From NCBI RefSeq assembly GCF_030013595.1, contig NZ_CP122768.1: a DNA stretch of 64,000 bases, one strand, 5' to 3'. Positions 1 through 8,077 of this stretch are shown here, piece after piece. How positions within the stretch are numbered: position 1 is the stretch's first letter; every line of letters starts with the position of its first letter. A program made the translations under genes and the position numbers. The notes under the pieces are model-generated. The model did no database searches, was not told the origin of the DNA, and saw only the letters and a list, made by a program, of their open reading frames with translations. This DNA is from Escherichia coli (lineage in GTDB: Bacteria; Pseudomonadota; Gammaproteobacteria; Enterobacterales; Enterobacteriaceae).

Positions 1-103
1 ACTGTAATGCTCTGTTTGGTTCATTGCACCAGTTTAATGCTGCACTTTCGTTACCTTCAAAAAGATCAATAGCCTTTTGTATAACATCATTTTTTGTCAG
101 CAT
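1..103 (-). CDS. Partial ORF cut by window edge; N-terminal segment resembling DUF2384 (Xre/MbcA/ParS antitoxin C-terminal domain)
   Basis: Minus-strand translation from ATG at 101-103 reads MLTKNDVIQKAIDLFEGNESAALNWCNEPNRALQ, matching my recollection of the DUF2384 core (A..lFGg.e.A..WL..PnpaL). It overlaps the stop of the upstream Xre ORF in another frame and may be its frameshifted continuation. Confidence 0.35.
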   Translation of the reverse strand, partial: MLTKNDVIQKAIDLFEGNESAALNWCNEPNRALQ

Positions 104-419
104 GTTTTACACCTGAAGACGTTTTGAGTGCTTCGATAAGGCTACTTCGCTCTTCCTCTGTCATCCGAGATATGAGTAATGCAAGTTCTGCTGTTGTCTG
201 ATCATCACAAAAAAGGTAGTTCAACGGCACGTTTAACTCTGCTGCCATCCGTCGAAGCGTATCAATATCGGGGACATGGCGTCCTTTCTCATAATGATTC
301 ATACGACTGCTAGCCGATGCAGGATCAAAGCCAACAAGGAGACCCAGAGAGCGCTGTGATAAACCAGCCCTGCATCTCGCTTCCTTAAGTCGTTCTGGTA
401 TCGGATTTTTTTCAGACAC
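87..419 (-). CDS. Xre/Cro-C1 family helix-turn-helix transcriptional regulator (110 aa)
   Basis: ORF track; HTH_3-like segment LKEARCRAGLSQRSLGLLVGFDPASASSRMNHYEKGRHVPDIDTLRRMAAELNVPLNYLF. Does not match K-12 HipB from memory. The last codons run through an A6 tract (90-96) immediately before the stop. Confidence 0.8.
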   Translation of the reverse strand: MSEKNPIPERLKEARCRAGLSQRSLGLLVGFDPASASSRMNHYEKGRHVPDIDTLRRMAAELNVPLNYLFCDDQTTAELALLISRMTEEERSSLIEALKTSSGVKHADKK

Positions 420-503
420 TGATTCATCTTCATTGGCCTCGAATGCTTAGATTGTCTAAGTATCTGCCATTGTTGTATACTTAGCAATCCTAAGTTAATA
501 GCC

Positions 504-1076
504 TTGTTTTGTCATATGAATAGCCGAGTAACCAACCCTGAGTCGTACATATTTTCTGCAATCATCTTAATTGGCAAAGATAACTTCACCAGTAACGAAG
601 TAGCAAAAATTCTTATCGAGCGATTTTCACTTCCGAAAAATTATTTAAAGGCAAAAGCTTTTGCTTATAACCAAATTCAATCCCTGGTTAGAAAAGGATT
701 ATTAAACAAAGTAAGAAAAACAGGCGTGTATCAATATTTATACTCAGTCACAGCAGAATTCAATGTCGCAATAGAGTGCGTGAAATTAATTGAGGCAACC
801 CCAAAGTCTTCCTGTCAACTTGTTTCAAGTGCTACCAACCATGAACACAGAAATGTAAATATCCAAATAAAGTCTCTTATTGAAAAATACAGCAGTGAAT
901 TGGCGAAAGTATCAGGAGCAAAGGAGATTTATGAGGAATTGATAGTTGCTGTGCCGAGCAGGGAAAATGAATTCAGGAAGCTTTCTCTTGAACAAGAGAA
1001 AAAACACATCAAGATAAATGAAAAAATAAATACATTAATTGGAATTATTAATCAATCTCTTGCAGTAAGGCAATGA
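504..1076 (+). CDS. Hypothetical protein (190 aa), possible winged-helix DNA-binding N-terminus; divergent from the Xre gene
   Basis: ORF track; AT-rich codon usage; no recognisable catalytic motif. Alternative start at MNSRV (position 516). Confidence 0.5.
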   Translation: MFCHMNSRVTNPESYIFSAIILIGKDNFTSNEVAKILIERFSLPKNYLKAKAFAYNQIQSLVRKGLLNKVRKTGVYQYLYSVTAEFNVAIECVKLIEATPKSSCQLVSSATNHEHRNVNIQIKSLIEKYSSELAKVSGAKEIYEELIVAVPSRENEFRKLSLEQEKKHIKINEKINTLIGIINQSLAVRQ

Positions 1077-1110
1077 ATTTTAGCAAGTATTTGAAGCTAA
1101 ATGGAGTCAT

Positions 1111-1145
1111 GAAAAAGAGAGGGCAAAGCCGAACTCCGCCCTCTC
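1111..1145 (-). terminator. Candidate rho-independent terminator for minus-strand transcripts
   Basis: 8-bp stem GAGAGGGC/GCCCTCTC (1117-1124 / 1138-1145) with a 13-nt loop; on the minus strand it is followed by a U5 run (A-run 1112-1116 on plus). Loop is long, so weak. Confidence 0.3.
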
Positions 1146-1891
1146 CCGTCAAGCACTGATATATCTCATTAAAATGAGATTAACAGCGCGCACTCCTATA
1201 TGCTAGTCGTATATAAATATAATGTCAGCCAGTCCCGGATGCAACTCTTTAATGAAGTTCAGTACTCTCTTTTTTTAGTTATCGAAATGATAGTTGGTAC
1301 AAGGGAACACACGAAGAGGAAAATTGCGATGACTTTGACGCAGAGCATGTTGAGTCTATTATTGCGACCCTCGAAGCTCTGGATGCGTTAGATTTACGCC
1401 ACGGAAGATGGACTGTAAGTATCCCTCCAATAGTGCGACTCACTTACCCAGATTGTAAGTTCAAACGGTCGAAGGCACTAGATTCTGATAAGAATTTGAG
1501 GCGCATGAGTACAGGCATTCGATTGTCAGCTTCTGGGTAGTTGTGGGAATTCTGCTCAAAGTGCCGCTGGCCAAAACATATTGGGCGCTGGTCTGTGGCG
1601 GCAAAATGGTGTCACGTAAAAGATACAGATGTTCCAGTCTATTTTTGCCCAATAACGTGCCCCGGGTTCAGTTTTTTTGCTCGGGACTAAAACGCTTATC
1701 CAGATCAGCCGCCAGCTGTTCAATACTCTTCGTTGAGCCTTTATAAATATACCAATCAAACTGTTAAAAACTCGTTCAAATTCGACCAAATATTATTACT
1801 GGCTGATATTAGTTCGGTTAGGCAAAGCGCAACAAACAACTAAGAAGTGCGCCTCAAAAAATTAATTGTAAGGCGCCCCCCTAAAACACAT

Positions 1892-4219
1892 TTATTCTGT
1901 TATATTTCTTGGCAACATAGAAAAAGATGCTTGAGACAATCCTGCGCGCTTGAATTTATACCGTATATATGTTGACACTTCCATCTCATGGTTTGACAAC
2001 AAAATCTGACGATCTGAAAGCTCTACCCGTAACAAATCACTCAATGAAGCAATGTTAATCTCATCCATTGACTGTACTGGATCATCAATCAGTATAAATG
2101 GATTAAGCGCATATACCCTATTCAATGTTAGGAAAAATGCCAAACCTAATGATGCGATTTGCCCACTACTCATAGACAGGATTGCATCATGATCAGACTT
2201 CAGCGCAGTATTGAATTTGAGTATATCTCCTTTACCGCTCACTATAAACAAACCTAACCCACGCTGATAATTCTGTATGAGTCTTCCACTATATATATGG
2301 AATAACAGCTCTATATCACCAATAGTCTTTTTCGCATACTGTTTCGCAGTGTCGTCCAATTGCCGCCTAAGATTAACAATTTTTGCTTTTATTTTTTTGC
2401 CAGCTTCAATCCTAGAACTGAGCTTATCAAGCTCCGCTACTTTGGACTTGTACTCTTCGCTTTTGAATTTAGAATGAGCGGCTCTGAGATAGGATTCTTT
2501 ATTTTCAAAATCTGAAACACTAAGTGAGGTTATATCTGATGCGTTCAAGAAAGCCATCTCTAAGCTAGATGACCAGTCTAAAGGGAGCACATCCTTTTCT
2601 GGTTTTTTAGCTGTAGCAATAATCCCTTTTGCTTCATTAAACCGTAACAGCAGAGCTGCATCATCAGCCGTAAAACTAAGATCTTTTGATACGCCATAAT
2701 TTACCAACTGCAAAGCCACTTCACTTATGATTGAGAACTTAGATTCTGCTGCTGTGAGAGCCTTAAAAAGCACACTATCGAAATCTTTTGCAACTAGGTC
2801 ACGCTGCTGTGTGAATGCTGTTATCTGTAAATTTAGTAAGTCCTGTATTGACCTTACTGTCTCCTCCAACTTCTGGGCAGAAGCATCTATTTCAGATCGA
2901 ATTCTTTCCGCATTATTTACAGCGGCTTCCTCTAACGCAGCGTAAGTCGCCCATGATAACCCACAGAATGGACAACCGGAAATTTCCAAATCTTCACATT
3001 CTTGGTGTCGCCGCAGCAACTCTGCATGAGCATTTAGTAAATTTACAAGCTTTGCGTTCTTAGCTGCACTATCAGATTTAATTAGATCCCGTGCCTCAAT
3101 GAGACTATTTACACCAACCAAATCAGCAGCGTTCTTAAGACCGTTTAGGTCTACTTCATTTATCTCTGAAGCTGGCTTTCTGAATATCAAAAGATCATGA
3201 TCCAGCCCAACTAGCGTTGACTCCTTTACTTTCAGACCTTCATATCCAGCTACTTCAGAACCCAACTGAAGAGCCAACTTTATATCGACCTCTCTTTTTA
3301 AAAACGCATCAATATTACTATTAGCCTTTCTCGTCAGAACTTCATCAAAGTTCTGATATATTCTAAATATATTCCGTAATTCACGTATCAGAGTTTCAAT
3401 ATCTGTATCATTTACAGCCGATAGAGGCTGTTCAACATCCCAACCAGGTGACGGCGTCGCGGTACTTAACCGCTTGAAGTCAACGGAATTCTCGGCATCT
3501 TGAAACTGACCACTAAGCTGTTTAATTTTTTCATTCAACTCAGCCTGGAGGTCAGTATGCACTTTCCCCGTATAAGATTCCGTAATAATACTTTCTAACT
3601 CGGAGCAATATGATATCTGTCTCGTCAATTTATCGGTATTAATAAGATGCTCAATGCCTTTTTTTCTTTCAGTGGCATCCGTCGAGTACAGGTATCTATT
3701 CTGCCCTTGCTCAAGATAGTTCAATAAAGAGAAATTTTTTAAGAAGTTCTCTCCTAGAATACTCTCTAGTGCTTTAGAATCAAGACTCTCTCCAAACTTA
3801 TCGGAGTCTATACTGCTTATTTCGTAAAGCTTAAAAATAGAGAAGTTATCAGGTGCATTATTATCCGGGTTCGATAAATCCGCTATGGTAGCAACACGAG
3901 CTAGGAAAATTGACTCTCCTGAATCTTGATTTATGAGCTCAGCTCTAATAGCGATGTCGCCCTCTTTATTTCTATTCCAGTATATGTTTTCTTCAAATTG
4001 TTTTTTGCGCGAACGTTTTGCAACTGTTGCATCATTTGTATTGATAATTCTTTGTATAACGCCAGTAAACAAAAGCTCCAACGCATCAAATATGCTAGTT
4101 TTTCCAAAACCATTGGGGCCATCCAAGGTAATCATGGAGGCAGATCGAAAATCAATAGATGTATTTTCAAATGGCTTGAAATTTTCAATCTTGAGGCTGG
4201 ATATTTTCCATTTCTTCAT
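1892..4219 (-). CDS. SMC/Rad50-like ABC ATPase with coiled-coil and CxxC zinc-hook; candidate Lamassu LmuB-like (ABC-3C ATPase) component
   Basis: 775 aa. Walker A GPNGFGKTS (res 34-42), ABC signature MSSGQ, Walker B ILIDDP, H-loop LSNHE near the C-terminus; long central region with CPFC (res 416-419, nt 2963-2974) at about the midpoint. Start overlaps upstream gene stop by 35 nt. Confidence 0.85.
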   Translation of the reverse strand: MKKWKISSLKIENFKPFENTSIDFRSASMITLDGPNGFGKTSIFDALELLFTGVIQRIINTNDATVAKRSRKKQFEENIYWNRNKEGDIAIRAELINQDSGESIFLARVATIADLSNPDNNAPDNFSIFKLYEISSIDSDKFGESLDSKALESILGENFLKNFSLLNYLEQGQNRYLYSTDATERKKGIEHLINTDKLTRQISYCSELESIITESYTGKVHTDLQAELNEKIKQLSGQFQDAENSVDFKRLSTATPSPGWDVEQPLSAVNDTDIETLIRELRNIFRIYQNFDEVLTRKANSNIDAFLKREVDIKLALQLGSEVAGYEGLKVKESTLVGLDHDLLIFRKPASEINEVDLNGLKNAADLVGVNSLIEARDLIKSDSAAKNAKLVNLLNAHAELLRRHQECEDLEISGCPFCGLSWATYAALEEAAVNNAERIRSEIDASAQKLEETVRSIQDLLNLQITAFTQQRDLVAKDFDSVLFKALTAAESKFSIISEVALQLVNYGVSKDLSFTADDAALLLRFNEAKGIIATAKKPEKDVLPLDWSSSLEMAFLNASDITSLSVSDFENKESYLRAAHSKFKSEEYKSKVAELDKLSSRIEAGKKIKAKIVNLRRQLDDTAKQYAKKTIGDIELLFHIYSGRLIQNYQRGLGLFIVSGKGDILKFNTALKSDHDAILSMSSGQIASLGLAFFLTLNRVYALNPFILIDDPVQSMDEINIASLSDLLRVELSDRQILLSNHEMEVSTYIRYKFKRAGLSQASFSMLPRNITE

Positions 4220-4940
4220 GAATCAGAGTCTCGATTAGTTTGTCTGCTTCAATCCCAGATGCAGAAGCATTAAAGATTTTGAGATGAAGACCGGTCAATT
4301 TTTTCTCGGCGAGTGCTTCCTTTACATAAATATCAAGCGGCTTTAGTGAGCTTTCCTTAACAGGAACCTTTACAAATGGAAGCTTTATAAAAATTCTCGC
4401 CGCGACGCTATATAATGTAGGCGATAGTGGTTGATCTCGATATTCTGCAAACATCCTATCATCGACAACAATCGCTGAAACGCTTTCGAAGTTGTGCCCT
4501 TCTAACAACCTAAGCTCTTCCTCGCTGTAATAAAGAAAATATTTTTTAAAATAATATGGATTCTCTTCAATTCCAAACACCTTACTCTCAATTCCATTAA
4601 AATCAACTCGGTGCCTTAATTTATGCAAAATAATCAGATCGGTATTTTTATCGAAAGCAGGATCAGATTTGAATGTTTCAGGAGCATACAGTAACACTAA
4701 TTTATTCAGCACCTGCGGTGATGGTATATTTTCACACTCAACCACAGCGAGGAATCGCTTCCTATCTCCACTATCCTGACTAAAATAAGTCAAAGACTTA
4801 TAATCAACACCTTCAAGACCAGCTAAAGTTTCTCCTGCCGAATACTCTATGGTGACGTCATCTGCTTTAGAATAGTCGCCTGTATTAAACAAAGTAAACT
4901 CATGTTTCAAGGCAGCCTGTAGAACAATATCTTTAATCAT
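4185..4940 (-). CDS. Middle component (251 aa) of the three-gene ATPase operon; candidate LmuC/kleisin-like protein
   Basis: ORF track; overlaps the upstream gene by 8 nt and the downstream gene by 35 nt (translational coupling); AT-rich; no motif recognised by eye. Confidence 0.75.
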   Translation of the reverse strand: MIKDIVLQAALKHEFTLFNTGDYSKADDVTIEYSAGETLAGLEGVDYKSLTYFSQDSGDRKRFLAVVECENIPSPQVLNKLVLLYAPETFKSDPAFDKNTDLIILHKLRHRVDFNGIESKVFGIEENPYYFKKYFLYYSEEELRLLEGHNFESVSAIVVDDRMFAEYRDQPLSPTLYSVAARIFIKLPFVKVPVKESSLKPLDIYVKEALAEKKLTGLHLKIFNASASGIEADKLIETLIHEEMENIQPQD

Positions 4941-6195
4941 TCAACTTCACCCTCGCCTCTTCCTTTGAAATTATTTTTGCATCAAAGGCTTTAGTTATTT
5001 TGTTACGATCCTTACCCATCAATGAAAACTCATCTTCTACAGCATCCCGCGAAGCTCCGGTAGCTGCACAAAATCGCTCAGCGGGTGAAAAAATATTTGC
5101 TCTAGCTGCGATTAGCCATTGATATTCAACTAAGATATCTATCAGCTCTGGATCGCTTTTCAGCTGCTCTATTAGATCTTCAGCAAACCTATGCTCCCGT
5201 CGAGCATTGTCTGCCGAAATTGCTGTTGGCAAATAAAAATCTCCGGCAGAGCACCTATAGTAAGGAGGCTTTTGCTCACTCAGTGGCGCTTTATCTATAT
5301 CGTAGATCACATCCACATAATCATAAACACTGTTCTCACTCACGACCATTGTGGAAGATCCAAAACATAACGACTTCCACAACCATATAAATGGAGTATC
5401 ACCCAACTCTTTAATCTGATCGTAAACATTTGCAACTTTTTGAATAACAGTTCTATCTGCTGTTTTTTCCATTGTATTGGTATACCCATACAATGATTTA
5501 CAAACGGCCATCCTGGCTTGGAACATTTTGTATACAATGTCGTCTTCATGGGTAGCGGTGAGGCTTAATAACTCTACAATCTTCTCACTTTTTAAAGTTT
5601 GAGTAAACGCGGCTTGTGCGGCGCTCATTAACCCATCCTGATTGCACGCGTGTATATATATTACTTGAGCGGCAATATGACTCTGCAAAGCCTCGAACTT
5701 CAAATTCACTAAAAAATCACTGCAAGGTAACTCTTCGGAAACCAGGTACTTCTCAATTTTTGATTTCGTTTTTTCTTCAACATCTTGGAGATAGCAGTAA
5801 GGCAGTCCATCGTAAGTATAAAATTTAACGACATTCCCATTGCTGCCAACAAAATCAGAAGCATCATCAAGGCGCGCAGATGTATGAAAATATCTTTTGG
5901 TAGTCTTATCACACAACATATATGTAGATGCAGCTTTTTCGAGAGCCTCCCTATAGGCAGCTCTTTTATCATCTGCTAGCGCTTTTACCTGATGCGTAGA
6001 AACTGCAACTCCATTTTCAATTATCGAAAAATCATCAATGCTGTCGATTTGCAACTCAAACGACATTTTATTGAGCACACATTCTATGGAATGATAAAGC
6101 GCTAAATGCCCTTGATAAATAAACCCACTCCATGTAGGTGCAGCTGTATGAGGATGGGAGGAAGCCGATTTCGACATGCAATATGTCCTAGGCAA
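4933..6195 (-). CDS. Putative effector (420 aa) of the three-gene operon; candidate LmuA-like protein with possible N-terminal PD-(D/E)xK-type nuclease fold
   Basis: First gene of the minus-strand operon. N-terminal segment GFIYQGHLALYH...IDSIDDFSIIENGVAVSTHQVK contains a D...D...(E/Q)xK-like arrangement; assignment is by eye only. Alternative start at M7 (position 6177). Confidence 0.75.
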   Translation of the reverse strand: MPRTYCMSKSASSHPHTAAPTWSGFIYQGHLALYHSIECVLNKMSFELQIDSIDDFSIIENGVAVSTHQVKALADDKRAAYREALEKAASTYMLCDKTTKRYFHTSARLDDASDFVGSNGNVVKFYTYDGLPYCYLQDVEEKTKSKIEKYLVSEELPCSDFLVNLKFEALQSHIAAQVIYIHACNQDGLMSAAQAAFTQTLKSEKIVELLSLTATHEDDIVYKMFQARMAVCKSLYGYTNTMEKTADRTVIQKVANVYDQIKELGDTPFIWLWKSLCFGSSTMVVSENSVYDYVDVIYDIDKAPLSEQKPPYYRCSAGDFYLPTAISADNARREHRFAEDLIEQLKSDPELIDILVEYQWLIAARANIFSPAERFCAATGASRDAVEDEFSLMGKDRNKITKAFDAKIISKEEARVKLND

Positions 6196-6524
6196 ATTTA
6201 GAGACAGAGTCAGAAGTAACCTTCTAACTCAGTAGAATATGATCTTAATTTCTGTATCCGATGTTTATATTTTTTGTTGAACGCGCCCAGCGGCGTTATG
6301 AAAACTTCCTTGATTGTCATTTTTATGCATTCTCTTGATCGATAGGAATTTAAATCCCAAAAAGATTAAAAAAACACCCAAAAACGGATGTTTATTCGAC
6401 ACTGCCTGCGTGCCATGAGTGCACCGCCATCAATTAAATGGATCTTATCGAGTGATACTGTATATCACTGATGGTTTTTTACTCCATTCCCCTGAAAATG
6501 GACGCAACTTCCCCGATGCGGCTC

Positions 6525-7712
6525 TCAGCCGCACACCCGCTGTTGCGCCAGTGGCTCATGCATCAGGACCAGCTCTGTCAGACGGTAGCCCCGCTTCAGC
6601 CCCGTAAAACGCATCTGACATCCGCACAGGATGCACTTTAGCGGGTCAACCTTCAGTAACCGCTGATACATCCCTCTCCACCTGATTTGCATCGCCGTCT
6701 TTCTCACCGTCTCCGTTATGACGTACACAACATCTTCCAGTAACCGGCGCTTTACCGGACTCAGGAAACCGTAGTACCTCACCATACGGAACCCCTTATC
6801 CGCCACATGCCAGGAGAACCTTTCCATAAACTCATCACCACTCATCACCAGGTATTCTTCCCGTTTTGTCCGGTGACTGTTGTAACGCAGACCAATTTCA
6901 TCCTGACCAGCATAGTGCTCCAGACGGCTCATCGGCACCGGCGGTTTTTTCAGGTAAGAGCCGAAGTACACCGCCACATGTGTGGCGTTATCCATCACCC
7001 GGGATACGTTGACATTCCAGCCCCGCCGGTAATGACTGTCCAGGAAGCGATTCCAGTCCCGTCTGCTGCTTCCTTCAACTGCCAGCGCATCCGGTATCAC
7101 CAGCTCCGGGTATTTTCGTGACAGTAACCACGTTATCCTGTAACGCCACATGCTCATCACCTTACGGGCGTAAAAATGAAGGTTTTTCCAGGTGTGGTCT
7201 GGTGTCACGCCGCCGGCCGTTGTCGACAGGTGAATGTGCGGATGCCACTGCTGGTCACGTCCCCATGTGTGGATGACCGTGAATATCCCCGGCACCACAT
7301 CTGCCTGGCGGCAGATTTCCTGTATCACATCCGCAGCAATGCGGCTCATCTCTGCCAGTAACCACCGGTTGTGGAACACCAGGGACCAGTACTGGCAGGG
7401 AAGTGTGAACACAATATGCTGCCACGGACAGTCGGGAACCAGACTCAGCAGATACTGTATCCACTGTGCGCCAGCCTTCACTCCGCAGTGCGGGCAGGAG
7501 CGACTTTTACACCGGAAGCAGACCTTTTTTGTGTGGCAACAGTCCGGAGATGAACAGCACCACTGTGTGTACCCCATCAGCGTGGTTCCGCACGCCATGA
7601 TTTTTGTCACCGACTCAATGACTACCGGACGCACTGAACCTTCCGGTTGTTTCTCCAGCCAGTTAAGCCAGCGGTTTCCCTGCTGAAAAATGTCGGCAAA
7701 ACGGGGAAGCAT
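6525..7712 (-). CDS. tnpA: IS91-family transposase TnpA
   Basis: N-terminal Cys-rich zinc-binding region (CCSSPDCCH...CFRCKSRSCPHCG), HUH motif HPHIH, conserved Tyr-containing C-terminal region. Likely start at MLPRF (7712), sharing one nucleotide with the orf121 stop; ORF track extends to 7757. Confidence 0.85.
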   Translation of the reverse strand: MLPRFADIFQQGNRWLNWLEKQPEGSVRPVVIESVTKIMACGTTLMGYTQWCCSSPDCCHTKKVCFRCKSRSCPHCGVKAGAQWIQYLLSLVPDCPWQHIVFTLPCQYWSLVFHNRWLLAEMSRIAADVIQEICRQADVVPGIFTVIHTWGRDQQWHPHIHLSTTAGGVTPDHTWKNLHFYARKVMSMWRYRITWLLSRKYPELVIPDALAVEGSSRRDWNRFLDSHYRRGWNVNVSRVMDNATHVAVYFGSYLKKPPVPMSRLEHYAGQDEIGLRYNSHRTKREEYLVMSGDEFMERFSWHVADKGFRMVRYYGFLSPVKRRLLEDVVYVITETVRKTAMQIRWRGMYQRLLKVDPLKCILCGCQMRFTGLKRGYRLTELVLMHEPLAQQRVCG

Positions 7713-8077
7713 CAGAAGGGCGGGGGGACTCCGTCCGGCCAGTGAACCGTGCCACACTCCGGGCAGTACATGCCGCCGGCGCTGATACCGGCAAGAATGG
7801 TCGCAAACTCCCGCTCCGTGCAGCGGGCTATTTCAGGATACCCTTCGTCATCGACACGAACAAACCAGAAGACCAGCTTTTTGTTTCCGGCATCCACAAA
7901 GAAGGGAATATTCAGGTCTGCGCAGCACTCAACGGCATCGTCAAAATTATCAAAGCGCAGAGCTTCTGCGTCTTCTTCGTCAAAGAAGTCATCGTCGTGA
8001 AGCTTCACGACATAGCGGGGAAGTTTGCTTCTTTGAGGGGCAGGTTTTCGTTTACGGGGTTTAGCTGAACGGGACAT
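7712..8077 (-). CDS. IS91 accessory ORF (ORF121-like, 121 aa)
   Basis: 121-aa ORF immediately upstream of and overlapping tnpA, as in IS91. Confidence 0.65.
   Translation of the reverse strand: MSRSAKPRKRKPAPQRSKLPRYVVKLHDDDFFDEEDAEALRFDNFDDAVECCADLNIPFFVDAGNKKLVFWFVRVDDEGYPEIARCTEREFATILAGISAGGMYCPECGTVHWPDGVPPPF

Noticed and set aside
87-419. Xre-family ORF as HipB of the hipBA persistence module
   Set aside because: The sequence does not match HipB as I recall it, it is longer (110 versus 88 aa), and no HipA-like kinase gene follows it.
1892-4219. 775-aa ATPase as housekeeping SbcC or RecN
   Set aside because: SbcC is ~1050 aa and partnered with sbcD, and RecN lacks a CxxC hook. Here the neighbours are two unrelated small genes in an AT-rich island, which fits a defence-system ATPase better.
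6453-6471. Possible LexA (SOS) box TACTGTATATCACTGA upstream of the defence operon
   Set aside because: It has CTGT but the second half-site is not ACAG at the required spacing (CTGT-N8-ACAG); only a TGATA-N5-TATCA partial palindrome remains.
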